Of a stretch of 64,000 nt of DNA, positions 8,179-18,574 are shown in pieces. Made by a program: the position numbers and the translations under genes. Positions within the stretch are counted from its first letter, which is position 1. Each line of letters opens with the position of its first letter. Under the pieces are notes generated by a model, which saw nothing but the letters and a program-made list of their open reading frames with translations, was not told the DNA's origin and made no database searches. The stretch comes from Sphingobacteriales bacterium. GTDB taxonomy: Bacteria > Bacteroidota > Bacteroidia > Sphingobacteriales > Sphingobacteriaceae. The stretch spans positions 4,504 to 68,503 of the forward strand of contig JBIOHG010000012.1 of the NCBI GenBank assembly GCA_044448765.1, read 5' to 3'.

Positions 8179-10146
8179 TTACTGCTTTTCAAACCTTGCA
8201 GCCCAACCACCCCCGGAACTAAGTTGCACCGTTATCTTATCTTTTGAAGTTACATTAACCACTTTCTTTACATAATCGGTTGCATCCTTGTCGGCATTGA
8301 TGCCATCCTGGAATATGGTCGCTTTATAAGTTCCGTCACCCAAAAAGGATAGATCGATGGTTGTTTCGCGCGCTGTCCAGTTACTCATAGAACCAACATA
8401 CCAGGTTGTCCCTTTCCTTCGGGCTATACTGATAAACTCACCTACTTTTCCATCAAGCGCTACGGTTTCATCAAAGGTGGTGGGCACGGCCGCAATAAAG
8501 TCAGTGCTTTCCTGTTCTTTCATGTAAATGGTTGGATTGTCCGCCAGCATCTGCAGCGGTGCTTCAAAAATGGTGTACATGGCCAATTGATGGCAGCGCG
8601 TACCCTGCGCCATGGGATTGCTGTTGACAGGACGGATAGATTCTTTAGTGGCATTCCTCATTGCACCCGGCGTATAATCCATCGGGCCGGCCATCATGCG
8701 GATGTAAGGCGCACTCACATCGTAACCCGGGTGGTCCTTAACGCCCCACTTTTCGTTTTCCATACCCTTAACGCCCTCGCAGTTGATCACATTAGGCCAG
8801 GTAGTTACCAAACCGGACGGTTTGTACATGCCATGGAAATCGGCCAGTAAATGATGGGCTGCTGCTTTTTCGGCGATCTCATATAATGAGTTTACCGTTT
8901 TTTGATCGTCCCTATCAATAAAATCTATCTTAAAACCTTTTATACCCATCGCGGCGAATTTGGCAAACAGGTCGTCGGTACTGCGGGTTATGGCGTACCA
9001 GGTCGACCATAAGATCACACCCACACCCTTTTGCTTGCCGTAATCCACGATGGTTTGCACATCCAGTTTCGATTTATTCAGATCCTGGTCATCCGACCAG
9101 CCTTCGTCAATAATAATATACTCCAGTTTATTTGCTGCCGCGAAGTCGATATAATACTTGTAGGTCGGCACATTAATACCGGCTTTAAAATCAACATGAC
9201 TGATGTTCCAGTCGTTCCACCAGTCCCAGGCCACTTTGCCGGGCTTTATCCAGGAAAGGTCTGTGATCTTTGAAGGCTCGGCCAGCCTTTGCATCATATC
9301 ATTATTTGCTAATTGCTTATCCTCTGTGCTGATAACAACTACGCGCCATGGGAAAGCGTGTATGCCGTTTGTTTTAGCGATATAATCGGCGCGTTTGTCA
9401 ACCACATAATTCAATCTTGTAATGTGTTCCTCCAAAGGATAAGGTGCGAACACACCATGCAGGTTATGGCCTGTGGAACCCGGGGTAAGATACATACCCG
9501 GATAATCTTGAAGATCAGCCTCCAGAAGAGCAGCTTTTTTGCCATTTCCCAAGTCGACTAGCACCGGCATAAATGCCAGGGTATCCTTTTTTATAGCTGA
9601 AATATTGAGCTGATCGTAAAGTGCTTCAAAAGACGTATTGAATTTATCGTGATTACGGTAATCATTCACAAAAGGTAAAAAAGCTTTGTCGTCGTCTTTA
9701 AAGTTGAAGTTGGCTTCCTCGTTGGCGATGGTTATCCCATAACTTTTCGTGGTAAAAAAACGATAAGCAACACCATCATTATAGGCACGGAATATCAAAC
9801 CATAATCGCCTTTTAAAGTCAGCGTCAACTGGTTGTAGTTGTTAGTTACTTTGGCTTTTTTATAGATGGGTGTGCTGATGTCCTGATTAACCGAAAGCGG
9901 TTTGGCGCTTTTTACCGACGCATCGGTACCCAACACCATACCATCGCCCAAAATAAGAGATACCGATGAAGGTAATATCACTTGAGTATCTTCGTGATTA
10001 ACCGACCATTCAATGGTTTTTCCGGCGGATATAGTTAGATCGACCTTTCCGTCAGGTGATTTTACATGGAATATTTTAGCGGTTTGTGCGAATGCTGTGT
10101 TTAAGCCAAATAATAAACAGGCGGCAAATAAAGTGCGGATTCTCAT
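8179..10146 (-). CDS. Glycoside hydrolase family 97 (alpha-glucosidase/alpha-galactosidase-like)
   Basis: Signal peptide; WIKPGKVAWDWW, IDEGW, GFKIDF, EGVKGME and GPMDYTPG motifs. Confidence 0.93.
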   Translation of the reverse strand: MRIRTLFAACLLFGLNTAFAQTAKIFHVKSPDGKVDLTISAGKTIEWSVNHEDTQVILPSSVSLILGDGMVLGTDASVKSAKPLSVNQDISTPIYKKAKVTNNYNQLTLTLKGDYGLIFRAYNDGVAYRFFTTKSYGITIANEEANFNFKDDDKAFLPFVNDYRNHDKFNTSFEALYDQLNISAIKKDTLAFMPVLVDLGNGKKAALLEADLQDYPGMYLTPGSTGHNLHGVFAPYPLEEHITRLNYVVDKRADYIAKTNGIHAFPWRVVVISTEDKQLANNDMMQRLAEPSKITDLSWIKPGKVAWDWWNDWNISHVDFKAGINVPTYKYYIDFAAANKLEYIIIDEGWSDDQDLNKSKLDVQTIVDYGKQKGVGVILWSTWYAITRSTDDLFAKFAAMGIKGFKIDFIDRDDQKTVNSLYEIAEKAAAHHLLADFHGMYKPSGLVTTWPNVINCEGVKGMENEKWGVKDHPGYDVSAPYIRMMAGPMDYTPGAMRNATKESIRPVNSNPMAQGTRCHQLAMYTIFEAPLQMLADNPTIYMKEQESTDFIAAVPTTFDETVALDGKVGEFISIARRKGTTWYVGSMSNWTARETTIDLSFLGDGTYKATIFQDGINADKDATDYVKKVVNVTSKDKITVQLSSGGGWAARFEKQ

Positions 10147-10324
10147 TAGTTTACGGTTTGTTTAGAATGTTTGTGGTTCCGAAACTAAATAAAAACCGTA
10201 GGATTGACAATAATAATAGGCACGAATTATTTCGAATTACACGAATACTCTCAAATTGAATTAGTGGGATTCGCCTAAAAAATTCGTGGAATTCGTGTCA
10301 ATCAATTCGTGAAATTCGTGTTCT

Positions 10325-11182
10325 TTAATTTGTCTGTTTATAAACCCTTACATAATCTACATACATGCTTTCGGGTAGCAAGCTTTCATCCACGGTTGCA
10401 CCAGGGAAATCGCCGCCCACGGCAAGGTTTAAAATGATAAAGAAAGGCAAATGGAAAGCGCCCGTAGTATTAATGTTATCCTTAATGTTGCCGGTTTGGT
10501 AAAGTACGCCATCCACATACCATCTCATCTCGTTTGCATCCCACTCCAGCGCATACAAATGATACGAATCTTTATTGACAAGTGGCGTTGTGCTGCCATA
10601 CGATACATGACCGTTCACATTCCAGTGCATGGTGCCATAATTTAAAGCTGTGTTATTAACGGTCTCCATGATGTCGAGTTCGCCGCATTGCGGCCACGAT
10701 ACGGAATTGATGTTAGCGCCCAGCATCCAGAATGCAGGCCACATGCCCTGCCCGGTAGGCAATTTAATATTAGCTTCTATACGGCCGTAAGTTTGTGTGA
10801 ATTTGCCAAAGGTGGTCATGCGTGCAGAAGTATAAGGCTGCCCATCAACTAATTCTTTTTTGGCGGTGATTACCAGGTTGCCGTTAGCTATGGTAGCGTT
10901 TTGGGTTTGATAAAATTCTTTTTCGTTGTTCACATGAAGGTTACCCAGATCGAATCCCCATTTGGTGGTGTCAATAGTGGCCTCGTCAAATTCATCCGAC
11001 CATACGAGTGAATAAACAGGTTTAACTTTTGGCGTGGTATCTACGCCTACAATGGTGATCTTACCAGTATTGGTATCTGTTTTTTTACAGGAAGCAAATA
11101 CACAAACGGCAAGCAATATTGCCGCGACAGAGATTGATGATTTATTGATCATGAGAAAGATTTTATTAGTTGGTAATTTCAT
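10325..11182 (-). CDS. GH16 laminarinase-like lipoprotein (start may be ~11153)
   Basis: WSDEF, WPAFWM and catalytic GELDIME; lipobox FASC. Confidence 0.92.
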   Translation of the reverse strand: MKLPTNKIFLMINKSSISVAAILLAVCVFASCKKTDTNTGKITIVGVDTTPKVKPVYSLVWSDEFDEATIDTTKWGFDLGNLHVNNEKEFYQTQNATIANGNLVITAKKELVDGQPYTSARMTTFGKFTQTYGRIEANIKLPTGQGMWPAFWMLGANINSVSWPQCGELDIMETVNNTALNYGTMHWNVNGHVSYGSTTPLVNKDSYHLYALEWDANEMRWYVDGVLYQTGNIKDNINTTGAFHLPFFIILNLAVGGDFPGATVDESLLPESMYVDYVRVYKQTN

Positions 11183-11220
11183 ATACGTTTTTGTTTGACC
11201 GCCAGGTTTTTGGCGGCTTA

Positions 11221-12450
11221 TTATTTTTCTGTTTTAAAGCCTAAAGCGCCAACATAGCCCTTGTTTACGCGGCAATTTGCGAACTTGCTATTCTCGATAA
11301 AATCGTACAGCGCTTTTTTGATCTGCTCGCGGTTGGCAGGTGCAGCCTTCCGTATCTCGTCAAAGGTTGAGCGCGGCTTTTCGGCGTATTCAATTACCTG
11401 GTTATAATTTGCAGGCACATTAAAAGTGACAAAGCCACGGGTGTTATCTATCTTTTTATAGGGCCAAAAATGCCAGCCTATCTTATTTTGTTCCAGCACG
11501 TTTTTAAAGGTATCCACCCAACCGTCGGTGTTTTCGCCGGTCTCGCCGCAATAGATGGGCACGTTGTATTTATCCCTGAAATCGATATAATCCTGTATCA
11601 CGGCTTTGGTGGGCGGCGTCCAGTATTTATGAAACTGGTAAACCAACTTCGAATCAAACGGCGCGCCGAATGGTTTAAAATTGCTATCCCATTGCGCGCC
11701 GCCTAATATCACAATGTGGTTTTTATCTACAGTCCGTATCGCGGCGGTGATGAGTTTAAAAGTAGGTTCAAGCGCAGGATTAAGGTCTTTCGCATCAAAA
11801 TAGGTTGCGATAGGCTCGTTCAGCAAATCGTAACCCAGTATGATGGTTTCATTTTTATAATGATCGGCGATGCGTTTCCATATTTCTGCACAAACCTTTT
11901 GACTGGCTTCGCTTTTGAACAGGAAAGGATAGCCTGTACCATCATCAATATTATCACCGGTTTGTCCCGCAGGTGCAGCGTGCATATCCAGTATCACATA
12001 GATATTCTCTTTTTTACACCAACCTATTACCCTATCCAATAACTGAAATCCCCTGTTCGGATCATTTTGCCCCATGTAGTCTTCGTGGGTAAAAAGCCTG
12101 TAGTTGAACGGTATGCGGATAGAGTTAACGCCAATGCTTTTGAGGTAATGAATATCCGGTTCAGTAATATAAGTATCCTGGTAGGTTCTCCAAAAAGTGG
12201 CAGCCTCAGCCGGACCAAGTAATTCAGTAATGGCTTCATTTATTAGTCGGGGAGAATTTGTTTTGTTGAATTTGAACATATACCCCTCCGGCATCAGCCA
12301 GTTGCCCAGGTTGGTGCCGCGCATCATAAAGGGTTTGCCGTCAGGCGTTACGATCTCTTTCCCGTTAACGCCGATAAAACCGGTTTGCGCCTTAAGGCCA
12401 AAAGGCAAAAGCATAGCCAAAAACGCGATGGAGAGTAAGGCTTTTTTCAT
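11221..12450 (-). CDS. Glycoside hydrolase family 5
   Basis: RGTNLGNWL, ILDMH, LLNEP acid/base and CGETG nucleophile region. Confidence 0.9.
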   Translation of the reverse strand: MKKALLSIAFLAMLLPFGLKAQTGFIGVNGKEIVTPDGKPFMMRGTNLGNWLMPEGYMFKFNKTNSPRLINEAITELLGPAEAATFWRTYQDTYITEPDIHYLKSIGVNSIRIPFNYRLFTHEDYMGQNDPNRGFQLLDRVIGWCKKENIYVILDMHAAPAGQTGDNIDDGTGYPFLFKSEASQKVCAEIWKRIADHYKNETIILGYDLLNEPIATYFDAKDLNPALEPTFKLITAAIRTVDKNHIVILGGAQWDSNFKPFGAPFDSKLVYQFHKYWTPPTKAVIQDYIDFRDKYNVPIYCGETGENTDGWVDTFKNVLEQNKIGWHFWPYKKIDNTRGFVTFNVPANYNQVIEYAEKPRSTFDEIRKAAPANREQIKKALYDFIENSKFANCRVNKGYVGALGFKTEK

Positions 12451-12614
12451 GAAAAATATTCTTTTGGTTTATAATTGCCGTGGCAATTTGGTATTTGTAA
12501 ATGCTAATATAGTATTAATTTCTACTTAGTGTATAAAATACATCATTAAAATGTTTTTTAAATGAGTCTTTTATGCCCGGATACTGTTAATTTTAGAGGA
12601 GTAAATATCCCGAT

Positions 12615-13385
12615 ATGGAAACTACAGCACGCAGCAGCCGGTTAAAAAGGCTGTTTTTAATAACCCCCGCCTTTTTGTTGTTCTATGTCGCATCATTCGC
12701 CCAGGGATTGAGAGTTGCCGTAGCAGCCAATTTACAGGGAGTAATTAAAGTACTGGACAAAGACTTTAAGCAAAAAACGGGTATCGATATCGAGCCTATC
12801 GTAGGCTCATCCGGCAACCTGACCACCCAGATAAAAAACGGAGCGCCTTATGATATTTTTTTGTCGGCGGATATGAGTTTCCCTGAAAAATTATACAAAG
12901 GAGGATTTAGCGCGAAAGAACCAGCTGTTTATGCCTTTGGTAGTTTGATCATCTGTAGCACACAGGATATTGGTTTTGAGAATTGGGAACGCACCTTAAT
13001 GAGCGACCGTGTGAAAAAGATCGCCATAGCTAACCCGGCCATAGCGCCTTACGGCAAAGCCGCGCAGGAGTCGCTGACGAAAAAGGGCATCTGGAATGAT
13101 ATACAGTCGAAAATGGTTCAGGGAGAAAGCATCGCCCAAGTGAACACTTATATTACCACGGGTGTGGTTGATGTGGGCTTTACGACGCAATCCTTAATTA
13201 AAGATTCGGAAGGAAAAACTAAGCTGTACTGGAAGGTCGTCGATCCCAAAAGCTATGCGCCGATAAAACAGGGGATGATCGTTATTAAAGCAACCAAAGA
13301 AGCCAAAAGCGCCGAAAAGTTTTATCAGTATATGTTGGGTTCTGCGGCGAAAGCGATATTGAAGGAATACGGGTACGGCATATAA
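12615..13385 (+). CDS. modA: Molybdate ABC transporter substrate-binding protein
   Basis: AVAAN, GSSG.L..QI.NGAP.D.F.SA and ANP..APYG motifs. Confidence 0.95.
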   Translation: METTARSSRLKRLFLITPAFLLFYVASFAQGLRVAVAANLQGVIKVLDKDFKQKTGIDIEPIVGSSGNLTTQIKNGAPYDIFLSADMSFPEKLYKGGFSAKEPAVYAFGSLIICSTQDIGFENWERTLMSDRVKKIAIANPAIAPYGKAAQESLTKKGIWNDIQSKMVQGESIAQVNTYITTGVVDVGFTTQSLIKDSEGKTKLYWKVVDPKSYAPIKQGMIVIKATKEAKSAEKFYQYMLGSAAKAILKEYGYGI

Positions 13386-13388
13386 TAG

Positions 13389-13470
13389 GGTGTCATCCGC
13401 TAGCTAGCGGACTCGAAGTATGCGGGCAAAGGCCTTTACGCCCACCCTTCGAGTGCCTCAGGGTGACACC
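13389..13470. repeat. REP-like element (TGTCA...CTCAGGGTGACA type) with nested CCGCT..AGCGG hairpin
   Basis: GGTGTCA...TGACACC termini with internal TCGAAG/CTTCGA arms. Confidence 0.55.
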
Positions 13471-13514
13471 GCCCGCGACGGAATGCCGGGTAAATTTTTA
13501 CTTTTGACTTAAAG

Positions 13515-14186
13515 ATGGATTTTACCCCAATAGCGCTTACTCTTAAATTAGCCAGTATCACCACCCTGGTGTTACTGCTCATAGGTTTGCCATTGGCCTA
13601 CTGGCTGTCAAAGGGACGTTCCATAACTAAACTTATTTTGGAAGCCATCATCACCATGCCTTTGGTGTTGCCGCCATCAGTATTGGGATTTTATTTGCTG
13701 ATGGCATTTAGTCCGCAACACGGTGTGGGGCGATGGCTGCATGAGCATTTGAATTTACAATTGGTCTTTTCGTTTCAGGGTTTGGTATTAGCGTCGGTAA
13801 TTTACAGCATGCCATTTATGATCGGACCGATCAAATCGGCATTGCAGCAATTGCCAGTATCACTCTCACAGGCATCATACACCCTCGGCAAGACAGAAAG
13901 GCAGACGTTTATAAAAGTATTATTGCCCAATATCCGGGCGTCAGTATTGACGGCAGTTATACTCACCTTTGCGCATACTTTGGGCGAATTTGGCGTGGTG
14001 CTAATGATAGGCGGCAATATACCCGGTGTAACGCGGGTCGCGTCCATCGCTATATATGACGCAACCGAAAATATGGATTATACGTCGGCCAATAACTACT
14101 CGCTGGTATTGTTTAGTATTACATTTATCCTGGTGATATCGGTTTTCGTGTTTAATAAATATAAAGCCAAAAGCCCGTTAGAATGA
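13515..14186 (+). CDS. modB: Molybdate ABC transporter permease
   Basis: PLVLPPSVLGFYLL and GEFGVVLMIGGNIPG motifs. Confidence 0.95.
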   Translation: MDFTPIALTLKLASITTLVLLLIGLPLAYWLSKGRSITKLILEAIITMPLVLPPSVLGFYLLMAFSPQHGVGRWLHEHLNLQLVFSFQGLVLASVIYSMPFMIGPIKSALQQLPVSLSQASYTLGKTERQTFIKVLLPNIRASVLTAVILTFAHTLGEFGVVLMIGGNIPGVTRVASIAIYDATENMDYTSANNYSLVLFSITFILVISVFVFNKYKAKSPLE

Positions 14187-14809
14187 TCAGCGTCGACATC
14201 GAAAAAAAGCTAAAGGCTTATAGCGGGCAACAGGTGTTGAAAATTGCGGCACAATTTCCTTTAGGTAGTATTACCAAAATATACGGGCCATCCGGTGCGG
14301 GCAAAACCACATTTTTAAAGATCATTGCCGGGCTGATAGAACCGGAAAAAGGAAAGATCATAGTTGATGATTCCGTTTGGCTGGACACTAATTCTAAAAT
14401 TTCGCTATCACCTCAAAAAAGAAAAACAGGCTTTGTTTTTCAGAATTACGCACTGTTCCCTAATATGACGGTTCAGCAACATTTGGAATATGCCACCGAA
14501 GATCAGCAATGGATACGGCGGCTATTTGCTATCGGGAAACTGGAGTCGTTCGCTAAACACAAACCGGAATATTTGTCCGGTGGACAACAGCAAAGGCTCT
14601 CGATACTTAGAGCAATGGCTATTAAACCCAAACTATTGTTAATGGACGAACCATTTTCGGCACTTGATCCTGAAATGAGGGCGGCATTGATCGCTGGTCT
14701 GAAAATCCTTTGGGATGAATTGGGTACAACGGTTTTGATCGTAAGCCATAACCCGGTGGAATTGGGAGGATTGACGGATAATGAATTATACATTTCAGCC
14801 TCGGGTTAA
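14183..14809 (+). CDS. modC: Molybdate ABC transporter ATP-binding protein
   Basis: GPSGAGKT, LSGGQ and DEPFSALD; overlaps the modB stop. Confidence 0.9.
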   Translation: MISVDIEKKLKAYSGQQVLKIAAQFPLGSITKIYGPSGAGKTTFLKIIAGLIEPEKGKIIVDDSVWLDTNSKISLSPQKRKTGFVFQNYALFPNMTVQQHLEYATEDQQWIRRLFAIGKLESFAKHKPEYLSGGQQQRLSILRAMAIKPKLLLMDEPFSALDPEMRAALIAGLKILWDELGTTVLIVSHNPVELGGLTDNELYISASG

Positions 14810-14871
14810 GCAGTCTGTCTACTTAATAAGAAAGGGGCTTGCGCCCCTCTCCATCTTAAAACAAAAAAAAC

Positions 14872-15072
14872 TCACATTTTTGTGGTGTCTTTCTTCATCT
14901 TGCTCATCTTCTTTTTGTCCATTTTCTTTTTATCCATTTTACTCATCTTGTCCATTTTGGCCATTTTGCCGGTATCCGCTGCCATACCGTGTGTAGTAGT
15001 TGCCTGAACATTGATTGCAAAAATTGATAGTGCGACAGCGGTCATAACCGCTTTTGAAAAAATTGATCTCAT
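14872..15072 (-). CDS. Secreted methionine-rich peptide (MXKDX pentapeptide-repeat-like)
   Basis: Signal peptide then KMAKMDKMSKMDKKKMDKKKMSKMKKD. Confidence 0.8.
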   Translation of the reverse strand: MRSIFSKAVMTAVALSIFAINVQATTTHGMAADTGKMAKMDKMSKMDKKKMDKKKMSKMKKDTTKM

Positions 15073-15111
15073 ACTGTTGGTGTTTTTAGTTTTTTAAACA
15101 TTTACCCCTTT

Positions 15112-15137
15112 GTCGGGCATAACCAACAAGCCTTACA
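15112..15137 (-). promoter_or_regulatory. ECF sigma promoter TGTAAGG-N15-CGAC for the Met-rich peptide
   Basis: TGTAAGG cttgttggttatgcc CGACA. Confidence 0.8.
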
Positions 15138-15143
15138 AAAATT

Positions 15144-15416
15144 TCAATTTTTATTTAATTCTTCTTCAATACGGTCTTGAAGATCTTTTTTAAAGTTATC
15201 ATCAAGCTTAACATCCTGAACAGAACTATGAAAAAGCTGGCGAACTATCTCATTTATTTTGCCAGTTTGTTGCTGGTAAAGCCTGCATACCCCACAGCCA
15301 AAAAGATGTATCCTTAAAAATATTTTTTCGCGAATAGTAAGACGGCTAATCAGTTTCTTCTCGATCAGCAAAGTAGCATGTTTACAGTTGTGGGTGATCT
15401 TTTTTAATGCTTCCAT
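15144..15416 (-). CDS. Soluble zinc-finger (ZAS, HxxxCxxC) anti-sigma factor
   Basis: C...HLFGCGVC; immediately downstream of the ECF sigma gene. Confidence 0.85.
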   Translation of the reverse strand: MEALKKITHNCKHATLLIEKKLISRLTIREKIFLRIHLFGCGVCRLYQQQTGKINEIVRQLFHSSVQDVKLDDNFKKDLQDRIEEELNKN

Positions 15417-15418
15417 AG

Positions 15419-15991
15419 TCAGATCCAGTTTTTTTGAAGGCAGGCCCTCAGATTAAGTTTTGTACGGTGTATGATCACCCAAAAATTGGATGATGTCAGC
15501 TTCAGTTCGGTACAAATAATATCGGTAGTTTCCTCATCAATATGTTTCATTGTAAAAACTGACATCCACAACACAGGCAGCTTTTGCATACACTTCATCA
15601 GGATATGGTTGAATTCCTTACTCGCCAGTGGGTCATGATCATCTATGCCAAATGGTTGTGGTGCACGTTTCCTGTTCCAGTGCCCGTCATCAGCATCAAA
15701 GAAATCAGCTTGCTCCTCTTCGGCCTGAATAATGTCGGTCGCAGCTAATTTTGATGATCGTTTCCGGTACACGTCAATGATCTTATTCCGTAAAATTGAA
15801 GTCAGCCAGGTACGTTCGGAGCTTCGGCCCTCAAAACTCTTTGTTTTTTCGAGCGCAGCCAGGAAAGTTTCCTGCACCAGGTCGCGTGCCTGCTCCTCAT
15901 CGTTTAAGCGCGCACGGGTATAATTATACAAGTAATCGGCATGTGCCTGTACCCATTGATCGGGGTCCAGTTGATTGTCTTCGGCTGTCAT
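15419..15991 (-). CDS. ECF RNA polymerase sigma-70 factor
   Basis: Region 2 (ARDLVQETFL, FEGRSSERTWLTSILRNKIID) and region 4 HTH. Confidence 0.95.
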   Translation of the reverse strand: MTAEDNQLDPDQWVQAHADYLYNYTRARLNDEEQARDLVQETFLAALEKTKSFEGRSSERTWLTSILRNKIIDVYRKRSSKLAATDIIQAEEEQADFFDADDGHWNRKRAPQPFGIDDHDPLASKEFNHILMKCMQKLPVLWMSVFTMKHIDEETTDIICTELKLTSSNFWVIIHRTKLNLRACLQKNWI

Positions 15992-16015
15992 TTATATAGT
16001 ATTGTCGTATCTTTA

Positions 16016-16041
16016 GTCGTAAAATTATCTAAAACCTTACA
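16016..16041 (-). promoter_or_regulatory. ECF promoter TGTAAGG-N15-CGAC (sigma autoregulation)
   Basis: TGTAAGG ttttagataatttta CGACTAA. Confidence 0.8.
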
Positions 16042-16099
16042 GCTTGTATGAATAAAATATCATTGCCGAAATTTACTCCTAAAAAAGATTTAATTTTAT

Positions 16100-16125
16100 T
16101 GTAAGGAATCAACCGGCGGCCCGAC
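16100..16125 (+). promoter_or_regulatory. ECF promoter TGTAAGG-N15-CGAC for the DUF1223 operon
   Basis: TGTAAGG aatcaaccggcggcc CGACTAA. Confidence 0.8.
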
Positions 16126-16166
16126 TAATCTCGTAATTAAATCATTACACAATTCATGATCAAAAA

Positions 16167-16967
16167 ATGAGAACGTTCAGAATATTCATTACTGTAGCCT
16201 GCCTGGGTTTTGGGGCCATGTTGACCGAAGCCTTTATCACGCTCAAAAATAACGACTCCTTCAAACCATCAAATGCCGATAAAGGCTTTGCTGTGGTTGA
16301 GTTTTTTACTTCTGAAGGGTGCTCAAGCTGCCCGCCTGCAGATGCCTTGGTAGCCAAAGTTGAGAAGGAAAGTGCTGATAAACCTATTTACATCCTGGCT
16401 TTCCATGTAGATTACTGGAACCGTTTGGGATGGAAGGATGTGTTCAGCGGCGCTGATTACACCGCCCGCCAGCAGCAATATGCACGCTGGCTCAAATCGT
16501 CAGAAGTATATACACCCCAAGCCATTGTAAATGGTCATACCGAGTTTGTCGGCTCGGAAGAAGGAACATTGCGCAAAGCTATACAGGCCGGATTGCAAAA
16601 AACAGCGGCCACGCCACTTGCCTTAAGTGAAGATAAGACGGGTGGCAACAAGGCCGGCATCCAATATCATATAAGTGGTTCAACAACCAACGCATCATTA
16701 CTAGTGGCCTTGATCAAAAAAAATGCAACAACGAAGGTACAGCGCGGGGAAAACGGCGGTCGTACTTTAACGCATGTACAGATTGTAAATAAATTACAAA
16801 CCATAACGTTGGATGGCAAGAATAATGGTAAAGCGGATATCGCCCTGCCGGCAGGATTTAACCCCGAAGGCTTTGAAGTAATTGCCTTTGTCCAGGACAC
16901 TTCAACAGGCGAGATCACCGGTGCATCTAAAATTGAACTTACCGCCTCAACCGCAAATTCAAAATGA
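16167..16967 (+). CDS. DUF1223 thioredoxin-like secreted protein
   Basis: VVEFFTSEGCSSCPPAD, FHVDYW and YTPQ motifs. Confidence 0.9.
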   Translation: MRTFRIFITVACLGFGAMLTEAFITLKNNDSFKPSNADKGFAVVEFFTSEGCSSCPPADALVAKVEKESADKPIYILAFHVDYWNRLGWKDVFSGADYTARQQQYARWLKSSEVYTPQAIVNGHTEFVGSEEGTLRKAIQAGLQKTAATPLALSEDKTGGNKAGIQYHISGSTTNASLLVALIKKNATTKVQRGENGGRTLTHVQIVNKLQTITLDGKNNGKADIALPAGFNPEGFEVIAFVQDTSTGEITGASKIELTASTANSK

Positions 16968-16995
16968 TTAGTAGCTTCGTAAAGCAGAATTTCCC

Positions 16996-17694
16996 ATGAA
17001 AGTTATCAAAGAAAAACACACCTTACTGATGCGGTGGACGCATTGGATCAACTTCCCGATACTCACTATTATGATATGGAGCGGGATGCTGATCTATTGG
17101 GCCAATGACGAATATCATATCACTATCTTCGGACATACTTTTGTGCGGTTTTTCCCGGATTGGTTCTATAACACACTGCATATCCCATCGCGCCTGGCCG
17201 AGGGTATGGCTTTCCATTTCCTGTTCATGTGGTTTTTTACCCTTAACGGGATATTCTATGTGCTTTATACCATCGTATCCGGCCAATGGCGGCAATTGGT
17301 CCCACAAAAAAAATCCTTTAAAGAAGCCTGGCTGGTGCTTTTACACGATCTGCATATCCGCAAAACTGCGCCACCGCAGGATAAATACAACGCGGCGCAG
17401 CGTATTGCTTACACTGCTATAATTGTAATGGGTTTTGGCTCGGTTATTACCGGGCTGGCGATTTACAAGCCCGTTCAATTTTATTACTTTACCTGGATAT
17501 GCGGGGGCTATCATTTGGCCCGGATATGGCATTTTGCATTGACCATGGGCTATGTTTTGTTTTTCCTGATACATATTATACAAGTGATATTAGCCGGGTG
17601 GAATAATTTCAGATCGGTAATATCAGGGTTTGAGGTGACCGATGAAAAAGCCAAACCGATGGTAGAAAGGAGCATCGAAGATGAAAAAGTCTAA
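16996..17694 (+). CDS. Cytochrome b/b6 domain membrane protein (partner of the Mo enzyme)
   Basis: RWTHWIN, AFHF, YNAAQR and WHF...HI heme-ligand pattern. Confidence 0.88.
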   Translation: MKVIKEKHTLLMRWTHWINFPILTIMIWSGMLIYWANDEYHITIFGHTFVRFFPDWFYNTLHIPSRLAEGMAFHFLFMWFFTLNGIFYVLYTIVSGQWRQLVPQKKSFKEAWLVLLHDLHIRKTAPPQDKYNAAQRIAYTAIIVMGFGSVITGLAIYKPVQFYYFTWICGGYHLARIWHFALTMGYVLFFLIHIIQVILAGWNNFRSVISGFEVTDEKAKPMVERSIEDEKV

Positions 17695-18454
17695 AAAAGA
17701 ATTAACCGTTGAGCAAAAAATAAAGCGGAGGAACTTTATTTCGTTCACCGTTTTTGGCGCGTTTGCCGTTGGCGCGGTAGGCGGCTGGAAGTGGTTGTAC
17801 AATTCTGCTGAAGAGCCTGCTGGAATTACTGCAGGTGCACGCAGGCCGCTGCGCAGGGCGCTAAATAAAACCGAATTTTTTTTCAGAAGGCTGGCATTTA
17901 ATGAGAGCCACTTAGTAAAAACCTATCCCCGCGAGATGGCTGCTAAAGTGATAAGGCACAATAGCGATATTGGTTCGGAAGGCAAGCTACCGCCAGAGAA
18001 TTGGAAGTTGCAGGTGCGGAAAAACTCAGGCGAAATATTGCAGATCACGCTGGATGAGATCATGAAATTGCCTAAAACTGAGATCACTTATGATTTTAAA
18101 TGTGTTGAGGGCTGGGACCAGATATCGCATTGGGCCGGGGTAAAATTTAGCGATTTTATCAAACATTATGGCCTTGAGCTTGAGGCTAAATCGCAGTATG
18201 TTGGGCTCGAAACACCGGATAAAAAATACTATGTAGGTATTGATATGCCCAGCGCCCTGCACCCGCAAACCTTGCTGGCTTATCAAATGAATGATGTACT
18301 GCTGAATGGCAATCACGGTCAGCCATTGCGACTCATTATCCCGGTAAAATATGGCATCAAAAACCTAAAACGCATTGGCAGTATCACTTTCAGCAATACC
18401 CGCCCGCCCGATTACTGGGCCGAACAGGGATATGATTATTATTCGGGACTGTAG
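17681..18454 (+). CDS. Sulfite-oxidase-family molybdopterin oxidoreductase (MsrP/YedY-like), Tat signal
   Basis: KRRNFI twin-arginine motif, Mo-ligand CVEGW, HGQPLRL..P.KYG.K. Confidence 0.9.
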   Translation: MKKSKKELTVEQKIKRRNFISFTVFGAFAVGAVGGWKWLYNSAEEPAGITAGARRPLRRALNKTEFFFRRLAFNESHLVKTYPREMAAKVIRHNSDIGSEGKLPPENWKLQVRKNSGEILQITLDEIMKLPKTEITYDFKCVEGWDQISHWAGVKFSDFIKHYGLELEAKSQYVGLETPDKKYYVGIDMPSALHPQTLLAYQMNDVLLNGNHGQPLRLIIPVKYGIKNLKRIGSITFSNTRPPDYWAEQGYDYYSGL

Positions 18455-18574
18455 GAGGAATTCAGGAAGCGTAAATATTCATCTAAACATATAGAAGAAC
18501 CCAGCGTTTGTATTGATATTGTGACGGTGATTACCAGGGGGTTTTAATTTAGCTGGTATTACTTATCTTTAGCG

